A DNA stretch of 64,000 nucleotides from a virus (IMGVR_UViG_3300029702_000002), one strand, 5' to 3'. Shown: positions 8,715 to 18,138, counted from the first letter of the stretch. The notes: generated from the sequence alone by a model not told the origin. Numbers and translations: made by a program.

Positions 8715-9860
8715 ATGAAATACATAAAATCTTCTTCGTTGCTGGCATTAACTTTGCTTTTTAGCTCTGGATTCGTTAACGCAGACAATAAACAAACGTT
8801 GATAGAAGCCGCTACCGCAGGTGATACCGCAGCACAAAGTGAGTTAGGGACAAATTATTTGGATGGTGTCAATGGTTTTGATAAGGATGTAGTTGAGGCA
8901 AAGAAGTGGATTGATCTCGCTGCAGAAAAGGGAGATAAAGTAGCATATTATGCACTTGGAGTTATGTACACATTTGGCGAGGGTGTAGATAAAGACCTAA
9001 ATAAAGCTGTTGAGTACTACAAACTTGCGGGGGATGCTCGTGAAGGTAGAGCCTACAACAATCTTGGTGCTATTTATCAAAAGGGGATGCTTGGTAAAGT
9101 AGATCATGCACTCGCCATTAAATACTTCAAACTAGCCTCTGATGTCGGGTATGTTAAAGCAACTTCAGTTCTTGGGGCGTATTACCAATATGGTAAAGGC
9201 GTTAAAAAGAATTATAAAAAGGCTTTTACTTATTACAAAAAGGCGGCAGACCAAGGCAGTTCAGAAGCTATGATAGGATTAGGAATACTATACGATGATG
9301 GGTTAGGCGTTAAACGCAATGATGCAGAAGCAGTTAAGTGGTATAAAAAGGCAGCGGAACTTGGAAACGCCGACGCCATAACCAATCTTGGCATTATGTA
9401 TGAGAATGGGGAAGGTGTAAAAAAGGACTATAAAAAAGCAGCCGACCTTTATCAGACTGCTTGCAATAAAGGAGAAAAAAGAGGCTGTGAATACATTGCT
9501 GAACTGAAAGAAAGCGGAAAATATCGAGTATCTGATTCCAAAGCCAAATCAAAATCAGATGTACAGCGACTTATTGCTAAATCCATTGATAAAGGCGTTA
9601 ACGCAACATTTACCTGGCAGGGTGATGATGCCGTCTTCACCGCTAATGATGGCAAAGTTGACTGCACCTTCTTGAAGGATTTTTCAGAGAAAGGAGGCAA
9701 TCTGGCTACCTCGTTTGTTTGCACCGATAACGTTCAAATCATCCTGAAGCAATTCAGAGATACCAAGAATGCCTACCTCGCGGTAATGACTGACAACTTC
9801 AACACAGAAGTTAAATCATTTTCGGTCAATGTTTACGTGACTAATACTGGTTCAAACTAA
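8715..9860 (+). CDS. Secreted Sel1-repeat (TPR-like) protein
   Basis: Signal peptide MKYIKSSSLLALTLLFSSGFVNA then at least 6 Sel1-type repeats (G-x-x-Y/N-x-x-G-x-G-V-x-K-D/N-x-x-x-A-x-x-W/Y-Y-K-x-A-A); start taken at ATG 8715 inside longer ORF 8670. Confidence 0.7.
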   Translation: MKYIKSSSLLALTLLFSSGFVNADNKQTLIEAATAGDTAAQSELGTNYLDGVNGFDKDVVEAKKWIDLAAEKGDKVAYYALGVMYTFGEGVDKDLNKAVEYYKLAGDAREGRAYNNLGAIYQKGMLGKVDHALAIKYFKLASDVGYVKATSVLGAYYQYGKGVKKNYKKAFTYYKKAADQGSSEAMIGLGILYDDGLGVKRNDAEAVKWYKKAAELGNADAITNLGIMYENGEGVKKDYKKAADLYQTACNKGEKRGCEYIAELKESGKYRVSDSKAKSKSDVQRLIAKSIDKGVNATFTWQGDDAVFTANDGKVDCTFLKDFSEKGGNLATSFVCTDNVQIILKQFRDTKNAYLAVMTDNFNTEVKSFSVNVYVTNTGSN

Positions 9861-11105
9861 TGCTGCTATACCTTTTACCTTGCTTAAAAGTTCAAGCTGT
9901 CGTGAGTAAGGTTTTGCGCAATAGTAGGCTTTGATAATCTGCCCCGGTGTCGCATCGCCGGGGTCGAGTCCTTCCTCGCCCAAACACGCAACTTTGACAT
10001 TAAGACCAATACTTGTGAGTCGCCTGGCTGCGGCCATAGTGTTGCGTATAGCTTGCTTTTCACTATCCCACATCATGATCACATTACGTAATCCACGCGC
10101 CTTGAGCGTCAGGAACGCGCCCAGCTGATCTTCTGCATCCTGAGTGGTGTTGCCAGATAGATGCATCCCGAACGTTCCTATTGGTTCCACGTAATCACGT
10201 AATGTTTCTTCGTCAAAAATAGCTCGTTTGACCCCCATAACATCGAACGCCCCCTCACAGACAACTACCGTCTGTTTGCCGACTGCATTATGGCCGTTGT
10301 AGAGAAACTTACCTGAAGCTGGAAGCTGCATAGGAAAGAGGTAGCGACGTTCTGCTGTACCGGTAATGTCTCGTCCCTGAAATGTCTTCATTACCCCATC
10401 CAGATCGTAAACCGGTATGAGTATTCGCATATCGAATATCTGTCCTTTTACCTGATCTGTATACGGATCTACATAGGCGTGTTTGCCTTCGACGCAGTAT
10501 CGTAGGTCAAAATACTTTGCCATTTCAGGCGATATGTTTCGTTCAACCAGATAGTCTGGAAGACGGCCATCTATAGGCAGTTCGTAATGACGAGGGAGGG
10601 CAACTGGTCCCTCTAACTCGACTGTGCTTGCAAGCACTATCTCTTCTTTCTTTGGTGTCCATCCCTGAGAAAGAAGGGCGTTCTGCACATATTCTTCGAA
10701 CTGTCGCCGTGATTTACCGCTGTAGTGCTTGAGGAACACCAGCTTATTAAATTGTATTTCTTCAGGATGGTCGCCAGCGAAACATTTACCCACACCACTG
10801 GTCAGATTGAAATATACCTTCCAGTTGGAGCTGCCGCATACCGGACACTCCTTGATATTCACTTCACGACCGCGAGCACTCACGCCTCCGCGCCGATAAA
10901 TGATACCTTCAGTGTCCAACCATTGTTCAAAATCTAATTCGGTAATTAGCTCTTTCAGCTCGCTCACGATAATTCCACTTTTAACAGGCAATATTGTGAC
11001 CAACCTAAATGTTGATATAACATAAAGGCTCATGTGTTTTTCTTTTGTGGTTTGGCAAAAGAAAAGTTGTTTCACCAATGAATCAAGCGTGGAGGCGTTC
11101 TCCAC
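9852..11105 (-). CDS. DNA primase (zinc-ribbon + TOPRIM)
   Basis: CPVCGSSNWKVY...C zinc-binding motif and TOPRIM VVVCEGAFDVMG; true start probably internal (GTG near 10967 with GGA site or ATG 11033). Confidence 0.8.
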   Translation of the reverse strand: MENASTLDSLVKQLFFCQTTKEKHMSLYVISTFRLVTILPVKSGIIVSELKELITELDFEQWLDTEGIIYRRGGVSARGREVNIKECPVCGSSNWKVYFNLTSGVGKCFAGDHPEEIQFNKLVFLKHYSGKSRRQFEEYVQNALLSQGWTPKKEEIVLASTVELEGPVALPRHYELPIDGRLPDYLVERNISPEMAKYFDLRYCVEGKHAYVDPYTDQVKGQIFDMRILIPVYDLDGVMKTFQGRDITGTAERRYLFPMQLPASGKFLYNGHNAVGKQTVVVCEGAFDVMGVKRAIFDEETLRDYVEPIGTFGMHLSGNTTQDAEDQLGAFLTLKARGLRNVIMMWDSEKQAIRNTMAAARRLTSIGLNVKVACLGEEGLDPGDATPGQIIKAYYCAKPYSRQLELLSKVKGIAALV

Positions 11106-11114
11106 GCTTATTTT

Positions 11115-12455
11115 TTAGGTAACGTCTAAGATTCGCTCAATGAAGCGCATTTGTTCGAGGTTTTGTTTAACGCGAATGCTGATCCCTCCCTGCTGGTTAC
11201 GTGAACCAGCAAAGTAGAGACGAGCCTCTCCTTTCGCTTCTTCTTCTTCGGTTTTGTTGATCGTTATTACCAGGTCAGCAATACGTACTTTTTCGATGTT
11301 GTCGGCAGCGTGCATCATTGTGGCAACTTCTGACGCGCCACCTTCACGGTTTGTCTGCGATGCCGTGATCCCAGCAACGTTATGCTTGTCATAAAGAGCA
11401 CGTAAATCGGTGTAGATACTACGAATGTTGGCGCGATCATCACGAAGGTCATAACTGGCACGCATCAAATCTGCGTAGTCGACAACAACCATGTCAGGCA
11501 CCATGCCGTTGGCTTTCATGCTGTTAAGCATACGGTCCAGATCTGCCGGTGACATACTTCCTGACGGACGCTCAACCACCCACAAACTACCAATCCCCTT
11601 CGTGGCTCCCAACTCTGCCAACTTACGATGAACCTCATCGCGCCGTTCCACCAGCTTGGACATTTCTGTCTCCGACAATCTTGCATCAAAACGGTCGGAT
11701 AAAATGGTGGTGTGAACCTCCAGCGAGAGATACAGAACATTGTAGCCAGCAAGCGTTGCGTTTATGGAAAACTCACCCATTGCGGTCGATTTGCCGGATT
11801 TAGCGAACCCCATGAAGAGCACCATTTCACGCTTCGCCCAGCCTTTTTGGTACAGCAACCTATCGAGCAGAGGGAGTCCAGTTGTAATGCTGTTTGGCAC
11901 ATACTCCTCTGAAGCCTCATATTCACGCGCTTTCAATCGCTCACTTGCGGAGGTGTAGTAGTCATAGATTCCGGTCGCTTCGTTCGAGCCTATCTGCTGA
12001 ACCTTGGCCATGATTGCCATCGCCCCCTGAAAGTCGCCCTTCTCTTTCAGTTCAGCAGCTTTAATCAGAGCATCATCAAACGCTACACTTTTTGCGAATG
12101 TGGATACCTGGTCAACCATGTACGAGGTATCAGACAATTTTTCTGCAAGGATGCGCTTAAACGCAGCAACAACATCCGGGAAGAGTTCCTCACGGATGGT
12201 CTTATCGCGTTTCGCGCGCTTAAGCATATCCAGAATCGCAGATGAAGAAGGCGCGCTCTTGTACATACGGTAATAGCCCGAAACCATATTAACCAATATG
12301 GCATTGGCCGCATTGGCAAATTGGCTAGGCACAACCAGATCTCCCGCACGAGTAAGAAACTCGTGATCACGACAAAAATATGCCGTCAGTCTGTTCTGGA
12401 AATCTTCATCAAACTCTTCGGACAGCCCGCGTCCTGTATGGCAAAGTTCGGTCAT
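11115..12455 (-). CDS. Replicative DNA helicase (DnaB-like)
   Basis: Walker A GFAKSGKST, Walker B VVVDYADLM, DnaB C-terminal domain architecture. Confidence 0.85.
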   Translation of the reverse strand: MTELCHTGRGLSEEFDEDFQNRLTAYFCRDHEFLTRAGDLVVPSQFANAANAILVNMVSGYYRMYKSAPSSSAILDMLKRAKRDKTIREELFPDVVAAFKRILAEKLSDTSYMVDQVSTFAKSVAFDDALIKAAELKEKGDFQGAMAIMAKVQQIGSNEATGIYDYYTSASERLKAREYEASEEYVPNSITTGLPLLDRLLYQKGWAKREMVLFMGFAKSGKSTAMGEFSINATLAGYNVLYLSLEVHTTILSDRFDARLSETEMSKLVERRDEVHRKLAELGATKGIGSLWVVERPSGSMSPADLDRMLNSMKANGMVPDMVVVDYADLMRASYDLRDDRANIRSIYTDLRALYDKHNVAGITASQTNREGGASEVATMMHAADNIEKVRIADLVITINKTEEEEAKGEARLYFAGSRNQQGGISIRVKQNLEQMRFIERILDVT

Positions 12456-12498
12456 GTGCTTTCCTTTGTTTTTTAAACAAATTGTTTTCTAGTATTAG

Positions 12499-13248
12499 TT
12501 AATTAGATAGGGGATCAATAAACCGCCGTGCTTCTTCCAGTTCTTCTGGAAAGTGGGCGGAAATAAGGCGCTCTGGAACGATTTCCATTAGCCAGATAGC
12601 GGAGAAAATTGCGCGTATGCGCTTGCTGCGAGGTATGGTGCGCAAACGCTCCAGAATCCACTCAAAATAGCTTTCCTGAATCGGGTTGAACTGCATGTCT
12701 CCCATATGCTTAAAGCTAACAAGAGAGTCATCCAGACGGGTTGTTGCGCGTCTGGCTAATTTCTCTTCAAATATCTCAATCAGTTCTGGCTGCCACAAAT
12801 GCTGTGGGCGCGGCAGCTTGTCCCACAGCCGTCGTGCAGCTGCGGAAAGAACGGTGGAGATAAAGTAGTCGTATGAGCAGCAATAGCGATCCGCAAACTG
12901 GCGTGCTTTCCATAGCGACGTTTTGTTGGCAGTCGACAACTCCTGATAAGGCAGGCGTTTTAACCCGGTGGTGAACGGAGCTGTTTCAAAGTGTTCGCGA
13001 CCGTGCGTCAGCATGATATTTGAGTACTGACGTTTGTATGCCTCCGTAAAAAGACAGGTGGCCATGAGAGGATGCATGTCGCGGTAATCAAACCACTTCG
13101 TCTCGAAGAGTTCAGCCTCGTCTTTACAGCGCGACAAACCAATGTTTTCAGCGACCCACTTGTCCATAACAGCGGTATTCCACTCTGTCATGAAGTCGTA
13201 CTGGTCGTTGTCGATGGTATCGAAAAAGATTTGGCTCATGTGGCTCAC
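12499..13248 (-). CDS. Hypothetical protein (249 aa), possibly replication-associated
   Basis: ORF immediately upstream of helicase in same orientation. Confidence 0.55.
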   Translation of the reverse strand: MSHMSQIFFDTIDNDQYDFMTEWNTAVMDKWVAENIGLSRCKDEAELFETKWFDYRDMHPLMATCLFTEAYKRQYSNIMLTHGREHFETAPFTTGLKRLPYQELSTANKTSLWKARQFADRYCCSYDYFISTVLSAAARRLWDKLPRPQHLWQPELIEIFEEKLARRATTRLDDSLVSFKHMGDMQFNPIQESYFEWILERLRTIPRSKRIRAIFSAIWLMEIVPERLISAHFPEELEEARRFIDPLSN

Positions 13249-13355
13249 CTGGTAGGTAGTTACTTACTTATCACAATGAGCGGATGATAGCGACTGGTGG
13301 CAGTTTTTGGAAGTGGAAACGGAAGGGAGTTGTTCTGGTGGTGTCTTTTAAAAGA

Positions 13356-13410
13356 CCTGCTTCCGTATATATTTAATAAGTTACTTATTATTTATATATA
13401 CAGAAGCAGG
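13356..13410. repeat. 55-bp AT-rich near-palindrome, copy 1 (identical to 44652-44706)
   Basis: CCTGCTTCCGTATATATTTAATAAGTTACTTATTATTTATATATACAGAAGCAGG read in both places. Confidence 0.9.
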
Positions 13411-13521
13411 CATAACTTGTCGTCTTAGACGCCCAGAAGCTCTACACTTTGAGCCTGTTAAATTGATTAAAAACTTATGTGTAAAATAGAACGCATTAGT
13501 CAGTAGCAAAGAGATGCAATA

Positions 13522-14289
13522 ATGGACGATTTATCGGTATACGCGAGATCATTGGATAAGGCTAAATACTATGTTTACTGTCTCTATGATACAGAAGACA
13601 AGATGAAAAGACCGTTTTACATAGGAAAAGGCAAATCGACTCGTTGTCTCGATCACATCAAGTATCCCGATGACTCTCCCAAATCCATGCGGATCAAAGA
13701 ACTTTTGGCTAATAAAAAATTAGGCATAGATATACTTCGTCATGGTATGGATGAAACCACAGCCAAACTTGTTGAGGCGACATGCATCGACCTTATGGGG
13801 GTCGGAGAGCTTACGAATAAGGTACGAGGAAGTGGTTCCATGATGGGCAGAATATCACTGGACGCCTACCATCACTTAGTGCTGCAAGAGGAAACTGAAA
13901 TTGCTCCTGAGCACGCCGGTCTTGCCTTCCTGCTAAACAGCACCTACAAGTCAGGAATGTCCGCTCTGGCATTATATGAAGCTACGCGTGGCGTATGGGC
14001 AAAGGTTCCAAGAGACGAGAATCTCAAATATGCCTACGCTACATATGGTGGGCTGATAATGGAAGTTTATCAGATTGAATGCTGGGTCAAAGCCGGTTCT
14101 CAGCAGTACTTTACAAGGGATATAGCTCTTGGCCCCGACACAAAACGTTATGAATTTGTTGGCAGAATAGCCGATGAGCATATTAGAAAACTGTATGTAG
14201 GCAAATTAATCAAGAAGCCACCAAGCTACGGTAGCCCTTTTGTGAAGGTTGGGGTGGTTAGGACTGAACATAGTGTTAGCGCGGCATAA
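13522..14289 (+). CDS. GIY-YIG nuclease domain protein (free-standing, 255 aa)
   Basis: N-terminal YYVYCLYD...PFYIGKGKSTRCLDH matches GIY-YIG catalytic motif; lone plus-strand gene in minus-strand region. Confidence 0.7.
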   Translation: MDDLSVYARSLDKAKYYVYCLYDTEDKMKRPFYIGKGKSTRCLDHIKYPDDSPKSMRIKELLANKKLGIDILRHGMDETTAKLVEATCIDLMGVGELTNKVRGSGSMMGRISLDAYHHLVLQEETEIAPEHAGLAFLLNSTYKSGMSALALYEATRGVWAKVPRDENLKYAYATYGGLIMEVYQIECWVKAGSQQYFTRDIALGPDTKRYEFVGRIADEHIRKLYVGKLIKKPPSYGSPFVKVGVVRTEHSVSAA

Positions 14290-14341
14290 AGCTGACACTG
14301 TAGTTATGCATTGGCGCAATGTACGCGCCAATGCATGATTT

Positions 14342-14701
14342 TTAACCTTTCTTCATCAACTCTCGTTTGATTTCATCGGTACGCATCGTGACATCGGCAG
14401 CGGTGATCGCCTCATTCAATTTCACGATGTCCTCGATTTCCTGCGGTGACTTCTCTGCCAGATGGAAAATGGCTGCTCGAATCACGTCAGAACGAGTGAA
14501 CTTCTCGAAGCGAGGGATGAACTTCATCATCTCCAGCAGTTCGAAGTATTCGTCCTCCAGTGACATTGTGCGGCTTTTAATTTTCTCTTTGCCACGAGTC
14601 GGGCGTCCCTGTGGTCTGACTGGTTGGCGCAAAGGAGTTGTGTTCTTAGCCGGTGCATCAGGCTCTTTGCGCTTTGCTAGGTCACCCATTTTCATGGACA
14701 T
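14342..14701 (-). CDS. ParG-like small partition protein (basic N-terminal tail, putative ribbon-helix-helix C-terminus)
   Basis: 119-aa ORF translationally coupled (ATGA) to ParA-like gene. Confidence 0.5.
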   Translation of the reverse strand: MSMKMGDLAKRKEPDAPAKNTTPLRQPVRPQGRPTRGKEKIKSRTMSLEDEYFELLEMMKFIPRFEKFTRSDVIRAAIFHLAEKSPQEIEDIVKLNEAITAADVTMRTDEIKRELMKKG

Positions 14702-15369
14702 TATTCTTCTTCCTCCAGACTCAACAGATAATCTACAAATTCTTCAAACTCGGCTTCCGCCTTTTTGTCGCGCTCGCTACCGGTCATTTCAAAGATAGAA
14801 CGACCAGACTCTTCCGCATCATCATAGACGTTGCGGTTATATAGATTGACTGGCGCAGACTCGATTCCAAACGTCTCAACAATCTCTTTAGCCGCCAGAA
14901 TGCGAGACACTTGTGATGGCAAAGCCGGGCACTGGTTCATGACCGCGCGGACCTTCACTTTATCGTTTACATTGCGAACATTGTCGATAATAGGATCGAT
15001 GTCACGTAAAGATTTCAAATCACGACGCTTAGGACGCAGCGGGATAATGATAACGTCAGCCATCAGCATCGCTTGTCGCTGAATTTCGGAGTCGAAGCCA
15101 CCAGCATCTACCACTACAAACTCAGCTCTACCCTGAAGCGATTTTAGGTGCTTAATGATGTCATCCTGAACGTATGCAAAAGGAATCAGCTCCAGGTCTT
15201 CGTTCTGTCGACGGTCTTCACACCAGCTCGTTGTCGTGCGCTGAATATCTATATCGGTAATATAAACCTTCTTCTTCTTTTTGACTTTCAGGCAAACGGC
15301 AATTTGCTGGGCAACGGTGGATTTGCCAGGCCCGCCCTTTGTGCCGCCAACCACAAAGATCTTGGTCAT
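14701..15369 (-). CDS. ParA/MinD-family partition ATPase
   Basis: Deviant Walker A KIFVVGGTKGGPGKST at N-terminus, 222 aa. Confidence 0.85.
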   Translation of the reverse strand: MTKIFVVGGTKGGPGKSTVAQQIAVCLKVKKKKKVYITDIDIQRTTTSWCEDRRQNEDLELIPFAYVQDDIIKHLKSLQGRAEFVVVDAGGFDSEIQRQAMLMADVIIIPLRPKRRDLKSLRDIDPIIDNVRNVNDKVKVRAVMNQCPALPSQVSRILAAKEIVETFGIESAPVNLYNRNVYDDAEESGRSIFEMTGSERDKKAEAEFEEFVDYLLSLEEEE

Positions 15370-15687
15370 TGGAGAGTTCCCTTTGCGTATATAATTATCG
15401 TCTGAAACAACTTGTTTTCTTATATGTGATATAGCCTAAATGCCTACGGCTGCGGTGTAAAGGTTAAATGGTAGGTTGTGATTAACAATTGGCAAACATA
15501 GCTTGTATTTGTCTGTTGAAAAAAGTAACAATGACCTCTATATTACAAGTACGGTGATATGCCGTACACAATTTGATAATGCACACGTAATGGGCTATAG
15601 CCTTTTAAAGTAATTTTTGAGTCGAAAACTCAGTTTGAACAGAGGAGATTGATGGCCTTCCTACATCACGGCCATCAGGAGGAATAC

Positions 15688-15957
15688 ATGTCAGCACTAA
15701 AAAAGCAGCGCATCGATTTGAGATTAACCGATGACGATAAAAGCATCATCGAGGAAGCTGCCGCAATGTCTAACCAGAGCATTACTCAGTTTATGGTTAG
15801 CAGTGCATCTGAACGTGCCGTGAAAGTTATAGAGCAACACCGTAGACTAGTTCTGAATGAAGAATCCTGGAATCTGGTTATGGACGCTATAAGCAATCCT
15901 CCGGCACCGAACGACAAGCTGAAACGAGCTGCTGATCGTCTGAAAAGCATGGAGTAG
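15688..15957 (+). CDS. DUF1778/TacA-like antitoxin
   Basis: Small ORF immediately upstream of GNAT toxin; ATG 15688 preceded by CAGGAGGAA. Confidence 0.7.
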   Translation: MSALKKQRIDLRLTDDDKSIIEEAAAMSNQSITQFMVSSASERAVKVIEQHRRLVLNEESWNLVMDAISNPPAPNDKLKRAADRLKSME

Positions 15958-15964
15958 TTTACTC

Positions 15965-16486
15965 GTGGATAATATAAAGATAGAAATTTTCTCTGGAGAG
16001 AAAGATTATGATTTGAATGGTTTTGATTGCGGTGAAGAATCACTAAATGCCTTTTTAACCAACCACTTAAAAAGGCAGCATGAGGGAAAAATTCTTCGCG
16101 CTTATGTGCTTTGCACGAAAGAAGGCAGACCAAAAGTGTTAGGGTATTACACTTTGTCAGGTAGCTGCTTTGAAAAGGAGTCCTTACCTTCAAGAAGCCA
16201 GCAAAAGAAGGTACCTTATCGGAATGTTCCAAGTGTTACTTTGGGTAGGCTGGCTTTGGACAAGTCCCTTCAAGGTCAAGGATTTGGCTCAATGCTTGTA
16301 ACACATGCAATGCGCGTTGTGTACAATGCATCTCTTGCTGTAGGCATTCATGGACTTTTCGTTGAGGCGTTAAATGACAAAGCCAAGGCGTTTTATAAAA
16401 GTTTAGACTTTATCCAGCTGGTTGGTAACAACGAGCGTTCTTTGTTCTATCCTACAAAATCTATCGAAAAATTGTTCGAAGAATAA
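15965..16486 (+). CDS. GNAT acetyltransferase toxin (TacT/AtaT-like)
   Basis: 173-aa GNAT fold with LQGQGFGSMLV acetyl-CoA motif, 8 nt after antitoxin stop; GTG start. Confidence 0.75.
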   Translation: MDNIKIEIFSGEKDYDLNGFDCGEESLNAFLTNHLKRQHEGKILRAYVLCTKEGRPKVLGYYTLSGSCFEKESLPSRSQQKKVPYRNVPSVTLGRLALDKSLQGQGFGSMLVTHAMRVVYNASLAVGIHGLFVEALNDKAKAFYKSLDFIQLVGNNERSLFYPTKSIEKLFEE

Positions 16487-16517
16487 TGTACTCCCCTCAA
16501 GTGAGGGGAACTTCGCA

Positions 16518-16733
16518 TCACCAACCGCAAACTCTCTCTCCCATCGTATTGTGAAAAAGGATTTGGCGTTCGGTTTCTTCGGTCATCACATCATTATTGC
16601 TGATATAGATAGGCCCAGCTCCATCGCAGAACAATACGCTGGCGGTTTGTGGTTTAATGACGCACCCACTTATCATACAACTCACGATGAACGGCAGAAG
16701 CATCTTTCTGACGTATTTTATTGCTCGTCTCAT
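16518..16733 (-). CDS. Outer-membrane spanin (Rz1-like lipoprotein), overlapping i-spanin
   Basis: Signal peptide with lipobox ISGC; ORF overlaps 3' end of 16654-16905 in another frame. Confidence 0.5.
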   Translation of the reverse strand: MRRAIKYVRKMLLPFIVSCMISGCVIKPQTASVLFCDGAGPIYISNNDVMTEETERQILFHNTMGERVCGW

Positions 16734-16905
16734 TCACCACTTCCACTGTGCTTTGAAGTCGTTTTCTGTCTTCCTGTTTTGCCTTCTCTTCCATTGCTCG
16801 TCGCGCCGCATTCCCGCCCATCGTGTAAGCGCCGACAAGAACGAAAAGAACGGCAGCCAGCGTAATCAAAGCAACTTTTAGCTTTGTCATCAGGCTGCCT
16901 AGCAT
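16654..16905 (-). CDS. Inner-membrane spanin (Rz-like)
   Basis: N-terminal transmembrane segment then charged coiled-coil-like region; directly downstream of endolysin. Confidence 0.5.
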   Translation of the reverse strand: MLGSLMTKLKVALITLAAVLFVLVGAYTMGGNAARRAMEEKAKQEDRKRLQSTVEVVNETSNKIRQKDASAVHRELYDKWVRH

Positions 16906-16906
16906 A

Positions 16907-17626
16907 TTAGACCATCCCTTTCTGGTATTTTCTTACCTGCGACCAGGCAATGAATCCTGCCACAACAATAGTGGCAATACCGAAGATGATGCGTACTGTA
17001 TCCCCGCTAGAGATATGACCTTGTGCTTTATCCATAGCAGCGGAAACCTGCGGCATAACATCGGCCAGCTGCGCCAGACCAATACCTGCTGTAACAGTTG
17101 CGCCTGCAGTTTCTTTAGTTACAGGAACAGCCTTCACGGTTTTCACCGGCTTAACAACGCCAGCTCGACGCAGACCTTCCTCAATAACTTCTGCCGCATA
17201 CCAGGTGTTCAGCGTTTTTAGCGGGCCTCGGCCATTCTCGTGGCGAATGATTGCCTCAACCAAAGGTCGAAGGATGTCGTAATCATGCAGATCGATGATC
17301 ATGTCTGCGGTTACACCAACGGCTTTAGACACCTCATTAATGTAGGCGTCAGTATTGTTTTCATTCGGCGGTGCCCAGCGTTCAATAACTTCACGAATGG
17401 TATCGATACTTGTGCCGTCTTTTGCGCGACGTTTATCGTGGTAGGTAATTAGAGTCACCGCCAGCGCACGAATCCCCCAAACAGGGTCTTTAAACGTGCA
17501 AAAGCGCGGTTCGTCTGGATTCGCAACCAGACCTTGCCACGGTGATCCTTTATCAAGATTACCGGGGTTATTATTACGAATGCCTCTCGGAGTCTTCATC
17601 CTTGATCTCCTGTTATTGCAGTCCAC
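16907..17626 (-). CDS. Putative endolysin/peptidoglycan hydrolase with C-terminal hydrophobic segment
   Basis: GIRNNNPGNL motif-containing domain, position between holin-like and spanin genes; C-terminal VRIIFGIATIVVAGFIAW hydrophobic stretch. Confidence 0.55.
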   Translation of the reverse strand: MDCNNRRSRMKTPRGIRNNNPGNLDKGSPWQGLVANPDEPRFCTFKDPVWGIRALAVTLITYHDKRRAKDGTSIDTIREVIERWAPPNENNTDAYINEVSKAVGVTADMIIDLHDYDILRPLVEAIIRHENGRGPLKTLNTWYAAEVIEEGLRRAGVVKPVKTVKAVPVTKETAGATVTAGIGLAQLADVMPQVSAAMDKAQGHISSGDTVRIIFGIATIVVAGFIAWSQVRKYQKGMV

Positions 17627-17948
17627 TTTTTACGCCATACGCGGCTAACCCCAAAAGCAGTGCGGTAATAATGAACGACGTTATTTTAGAAACAATGCCG
17701 CCAAAGAACCCACTTGAGATGGAATCTAACCGGTTAAGGAGTTTGTCCAGATTGGAGTGTTGAATACTATGTTGCGCCGGGGTCATATCACCAAAGTAGG
17801 TTTTCAGCTGATCATTGACCTCCTGGCCAATTTCTTCACGTAGCTCTTTACCTAATTTGCCAACAACCTCCCGAGCAACGATCGCGGCAATACGCTCAAC
17901 TTGCTCTGTTGTAACGCCCGCCATCTCGTTCGACATGTTTTCCTCCAT
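17613..17948 (-). CDS. Holin-like membrane protein (single C-terminal TM)
   Basis: Position upstream of endolysin; C-terminal ITSFIITALLLGLAAYGV segment. Confidence 0.4.
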   Translation of the reverse strand: MEENMSNEMAGVTTEQVERIAAIVAREVVGKLGKELREEIGQEVNDQLKTYFGDMTPAQHSIQHSNLDKLLNRLDSISSGFFGGIVSKITSFIITALLLGLAAYGVKSGLQ

Positions 17949-18138
17949 GAAAAGTCAAATCGGGATGGCGGATTTATATCACACTTCTCCTTTCAATTAT
18001 AGGTATATACTTACCTATCTATGCATATGCCGTTTAACGGCTGTTCAAATTCGTATCTAGTAACTCACTAATATATCCCTATGATTGCGGCTGTGAGATC
18101 GCATTTTAAACCTCACAGCCATATAAATAATGTCTAAA

